From positions 1-44,934 of IMG/VR virus record IMGVR_UViG_3300045988_006673: 44,934 bases of DNA; one strand, written 5' to 3'. The notes beneath the pieces are model-generated. The model had not been told where the DNA came from, ran no database searches, and saw only the letters and a list, made by a program, of their open reading frames with translations. This stretch comes from a virus. Lineage: Duplodnaviria > Heunggongvirae > Uroviricota > Caudoviricetes. Positions 42,773 through 44,934 of the stretch are shown here, piece after piece. The position numbers were made by a program, and so were the translations under genes. Every line of letters starts with the position of its first letter. Position 1 is the stretch's first letter.

Positions 42773-44934
42773 TACTTGAACCCCGGCGCGTTTCTTGTGG
42801 CCTTGCGGGCCTTGCTAATCTTACTGTTGCTGTTCTGCAAAGACGCGGCAACTTGCTCCTCGATGATGATACGCAAACGGCCCTCATCATCTTGTTCAGT
42901 GGATACGTTTCCAATCTGACTCGATGTGTTATTTACGATGGTAACATTAGACGGTCCGGAAGAAGACCCGTTTTGCCCCATAATCTCTTTCATTTGCTGT
43001 GCTGTGCGCACGCGCGATGCGCCAGCGGGCATGATAACTTCGGGTTTACCGCGTTCAGCGATGGTGGAAGCCTGCCCCGCGGATAACTGACCACCCTGTT
43101 CACGTGCAGACCTGATAGCGGAAACCTGCGCCATACCCGCCCCAACGGCAGCGGCAGCGGCTACAGGGGCCAGGAACGGGCCAACTACAGGGATAGCCGC
43201 CGTGGACTTGTATGCCTCAATAGCCGCGGTGTACGTGGCTATCGTGGCCTGTACGATAGCGAATGCCTTATACGCGCCAGAAGCCTCACCCAAAGCCGAA
43301 CCGATGTTTGAAGCCATGTTACCAAAGGCGGTTGCCGTTGCGTCGGCGCGCTTCGTAGCATACTGCTCGTTGATGGCGTTAAGCGCGGCCTGGTACTGTT
43401 TCTCATTAATAAGCCCCTGCTCACGGTACTTATCCGCTACCGCCAGTTTCTGCTGTTCCTGGATGTCGAGAAGCTCAAGCTCAGTAGCGTTCTGGCCCAT
43501 AATCTGAGCCATGAAGTCGTCGCCTTTCTGCTGCTTTTCCTGCTGCTCTTTTCTTTTCTTATCCAGTTCTTCCTGTCTGGCCTGCTCGGCTGTGAGCATA
43601 ATTTGAGTTTTGGCGTTTTCATACTGCTGCTGGCTTATCGTTCCGGCGCGGTTGAACTCCTCCAGTTTCGCCAGTTTCTGTTCTTCTGCCGCCGTGATCC
43701 GAGAAATTTCGTCTCCGGTTGTACGGTCAACCGTAGCGAGAAAATCTTCCGCGGCTTTCTTCTGGCGTTGTGCCGCTGTTTCTTCACGTTTGGCCTGCGC
43801 CGCCAGACGTTTCTCGTTCGATTTAGCCTCGCGGTCAGCCTTAGCTTTTTCGGTCGCGTCGATGCGAGCGATGTCTTGCTGTGCTTCTGTGTCGCGGGCG
43901 GCGTTATACGCGGCGATCTGTTCTTTGGTGACAGCTTCACGTTTAGCGAATGCCTGCTTGTCCAGTTCAGCTTGCGCCCGGATGCGTTCGCGGTCGCTTA
44001 AGATGGCAATTTGCTGATTCTTGACGATAGCTTCGTTCTGCTCCTGGAATCTCTGCGTGGTTGAGTTGACGTTACGACCCAGATTCTTTTGGGCCTCTGC
44101 CGCCGCGTTTGCTGACTTCTCTGCGTTCTCCAGTGCCGTGGCGTTCTTATTGGCATTGTCAGTCAGGCGGATAAGTTCCGGGTTCAACTGTTTTGTGTTA
44201 CCGAGCCAGTCGGTAAACACATCGGCGATGCGGCGGGCATTCTCGGCGGTTGGCTCTTTGTTAAACGCGCTCTGCGCCGCTATCATCTCCAGCGCCTGGT
44301 CACGGTTAACCCCGAACTTACTGCTAAGCTCTGCAATGTTCTGCGCCAGCATGTTGACGCCTACGATATTACCCTCGTAAGTGCCGCCGAGTTTTTCTAA
44401 CGTGTCGCCTACATCCGCACCCTTAGATACCAGTGCGTCGTACTGGCTAATCGCCGATGCTGTGGATGCTTTCCACGTTTCCCACGATTCTGCGTCCTCG
44501 CGAACGGCTTTAGCTGTTTGCTGTGCGATAAGGTCCGCGTTGGCCTTAGCCAGAGCAAGCTGAGTCTCCGCCGCTTCTCTGCTGATTTGGGTAAGCTGGA
44601 TAAGGCCATCTGTCAGTTCAAGAGAACCGGATGCCGTTTGCTGGAAAGTATCTTTTAACTGCTTCTGCGCAGCTTCGAGGTCTTTTGAACTGCCTTCTGC
44701 TTCGGTTAGCGATTTATACAGGACACCGCCAATTGCTGACGCAAGAGCAATTACAGCCCCAAGCACTGCACCACCGGGGCCGAAAGCACCCGCAAGCTGC
44801 GAACCTTGTTGGCCTATTGCCACGAATGCCGACGTACCGGATTGCAACTGGACTACCATGTCCTGCACCTGGAAGCCTACCTGCCCGGCGGCGTTACGGA
44901 ACTTGGCAAAACCGTCGGAGGCCGCTTTAGACGT
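42772..44934 (-). CDS. Tail tape measure protein, main segment (N-terminal 50 codons lie at 249..100; about 770 aa in total)
   Basis: Long Ala/Gln/Glu-rich coiled-coil ORF; frame open to the window end with codon boundary exactly at 44934, continuing in frame at 100..249. Confidence 0.85.
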   Translation of the reverse strand, partial: TSKAASDGFAKFRNAAGQVGFQVQDMVVQLQSGTSAFVAIGQQGSQLAGAFGPGGAVLGAVIALASAIGGVLYKSLTEAEGSSKDLEAAQKQLKDTFQQTASGSLELTDGLIQLTQISREAAETQLALAKANADLIAQQTAKAVREDAESWETWKASTASAISQYDALVSKGADVGDTLEKLGGTYEGNIVGVNMLAQNIAELSSKFGVNRDQALEMIAAQSAFNKEPTAENARRIADVFTDWLGNTKQLNPELIRLTDNANKNATALENAEKSANAAAEAQKNLGRNVNSTTQRFQEQNEAIVKNQQIAILSDRERIRAQAELDKQAFAKREAVTKEQIAAYNAARDTEAQQDIARIDATEKAKADREAKSNEKRLAAQAKREETAAQRQKKAAEDFLATVDRTTGDEISRITAAEEQKLAKLEEFNRAGTISQQQYENAKTQIMLTAEQARQEELDKKRKEQQEKQQKGDDFMAQIMGQNATELELLDIQEQQKLAVADKYREQGLINEKQYQAALNAINEQYATKRADATATAFGNMASNIGSALGEASGAYKAFAIVQATIATYTAAIEAYKSTAAIPVVGPFLAPVAAAAAVGAGMAQVSAIRSAREQGGQLSAGQASTIAERGKPEVIMPAGASRVRTAQQMKEIMGQNGSSSGPSNVTIVNNTSSQIGNVSTEQDDEGRLRIIIEEQVAASLQNSNSKISKARKATRNAPGFK

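Noticed and set aside
43603-44563. Several plus-strand ORFs of 60-135 aa (43603..44001, 43610..44017, 44021..44380, 44381..44563)
   Set aside because: All lie antisense within the tape measure gene, overlap one another in different frames and have Cys/Ser/Arg-rich compositions; treated as shadow ORFs

Overview
The window is a complete, circularly permuted genome of a tailed dsDNA phage of about 44.8 kb, not a chromosomal fragment. The first 99 bp are exactly repeated at the end (1..99 = 44836..44934), so the unique length is 44,835 bp, and the tape measure gene wraps across the junction. Gene content is siphovirus-like and the promoter and RBS signals look enterobacterial; the exact lineage and host cannot be fixed without a database search. 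Layout: (i) a minus-strand late operon (16.5 kb down to 3.8 kb, continuing at 1.0 kb, across the junction and 44.9 kb down to 36.0 kb) encoding terminase small and large subunits, portal, Mu-F-like head morphogenesis protein, Ig-like proteins, an overlapped spanin pair, scaffold, major capsid, connector and neck proteins, major tail, G/GT chaperones, tape measure, lambda-like M/L/K/J tail tip proteins and a beta-helix tailspike; (ii) a minus-strand early region (23.4 to 16.7 kb) of small genes including holins and a lysozyme; (iii) a plus-strand replication module (23.9 to 35.9 kb) with an AlpA-like HTH, primase-helicase, PD-(D/E)XK nuclease, SSB-like protein, family A DNA polymerase, VRR-NUC, short C5-methyltransferase-like protein, SNF2 helicase and a stand-alone TOPRIM protein. 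No integrase, tRNA or CRISPR array was found. The most unusual content is three plus-strand cassettes embedded inside the minus-strand structural operon, each behind the same roughly 30-bp promoter-like element: one encodes a truncated beta sliding clamp (DnaN) homolog, and another encodes a secreted protein, an HTH-metallophosphoesterase, a T4 Pnk-like 3'-phosphatase and a T4 gp1-like dNMP kinase. All calls rest on reading the sequence and on remembered family motifs; no searches were run. The ORF track translates GTG/TTG starts as M, so several starts were re-chosen by RBS and are uncertain.
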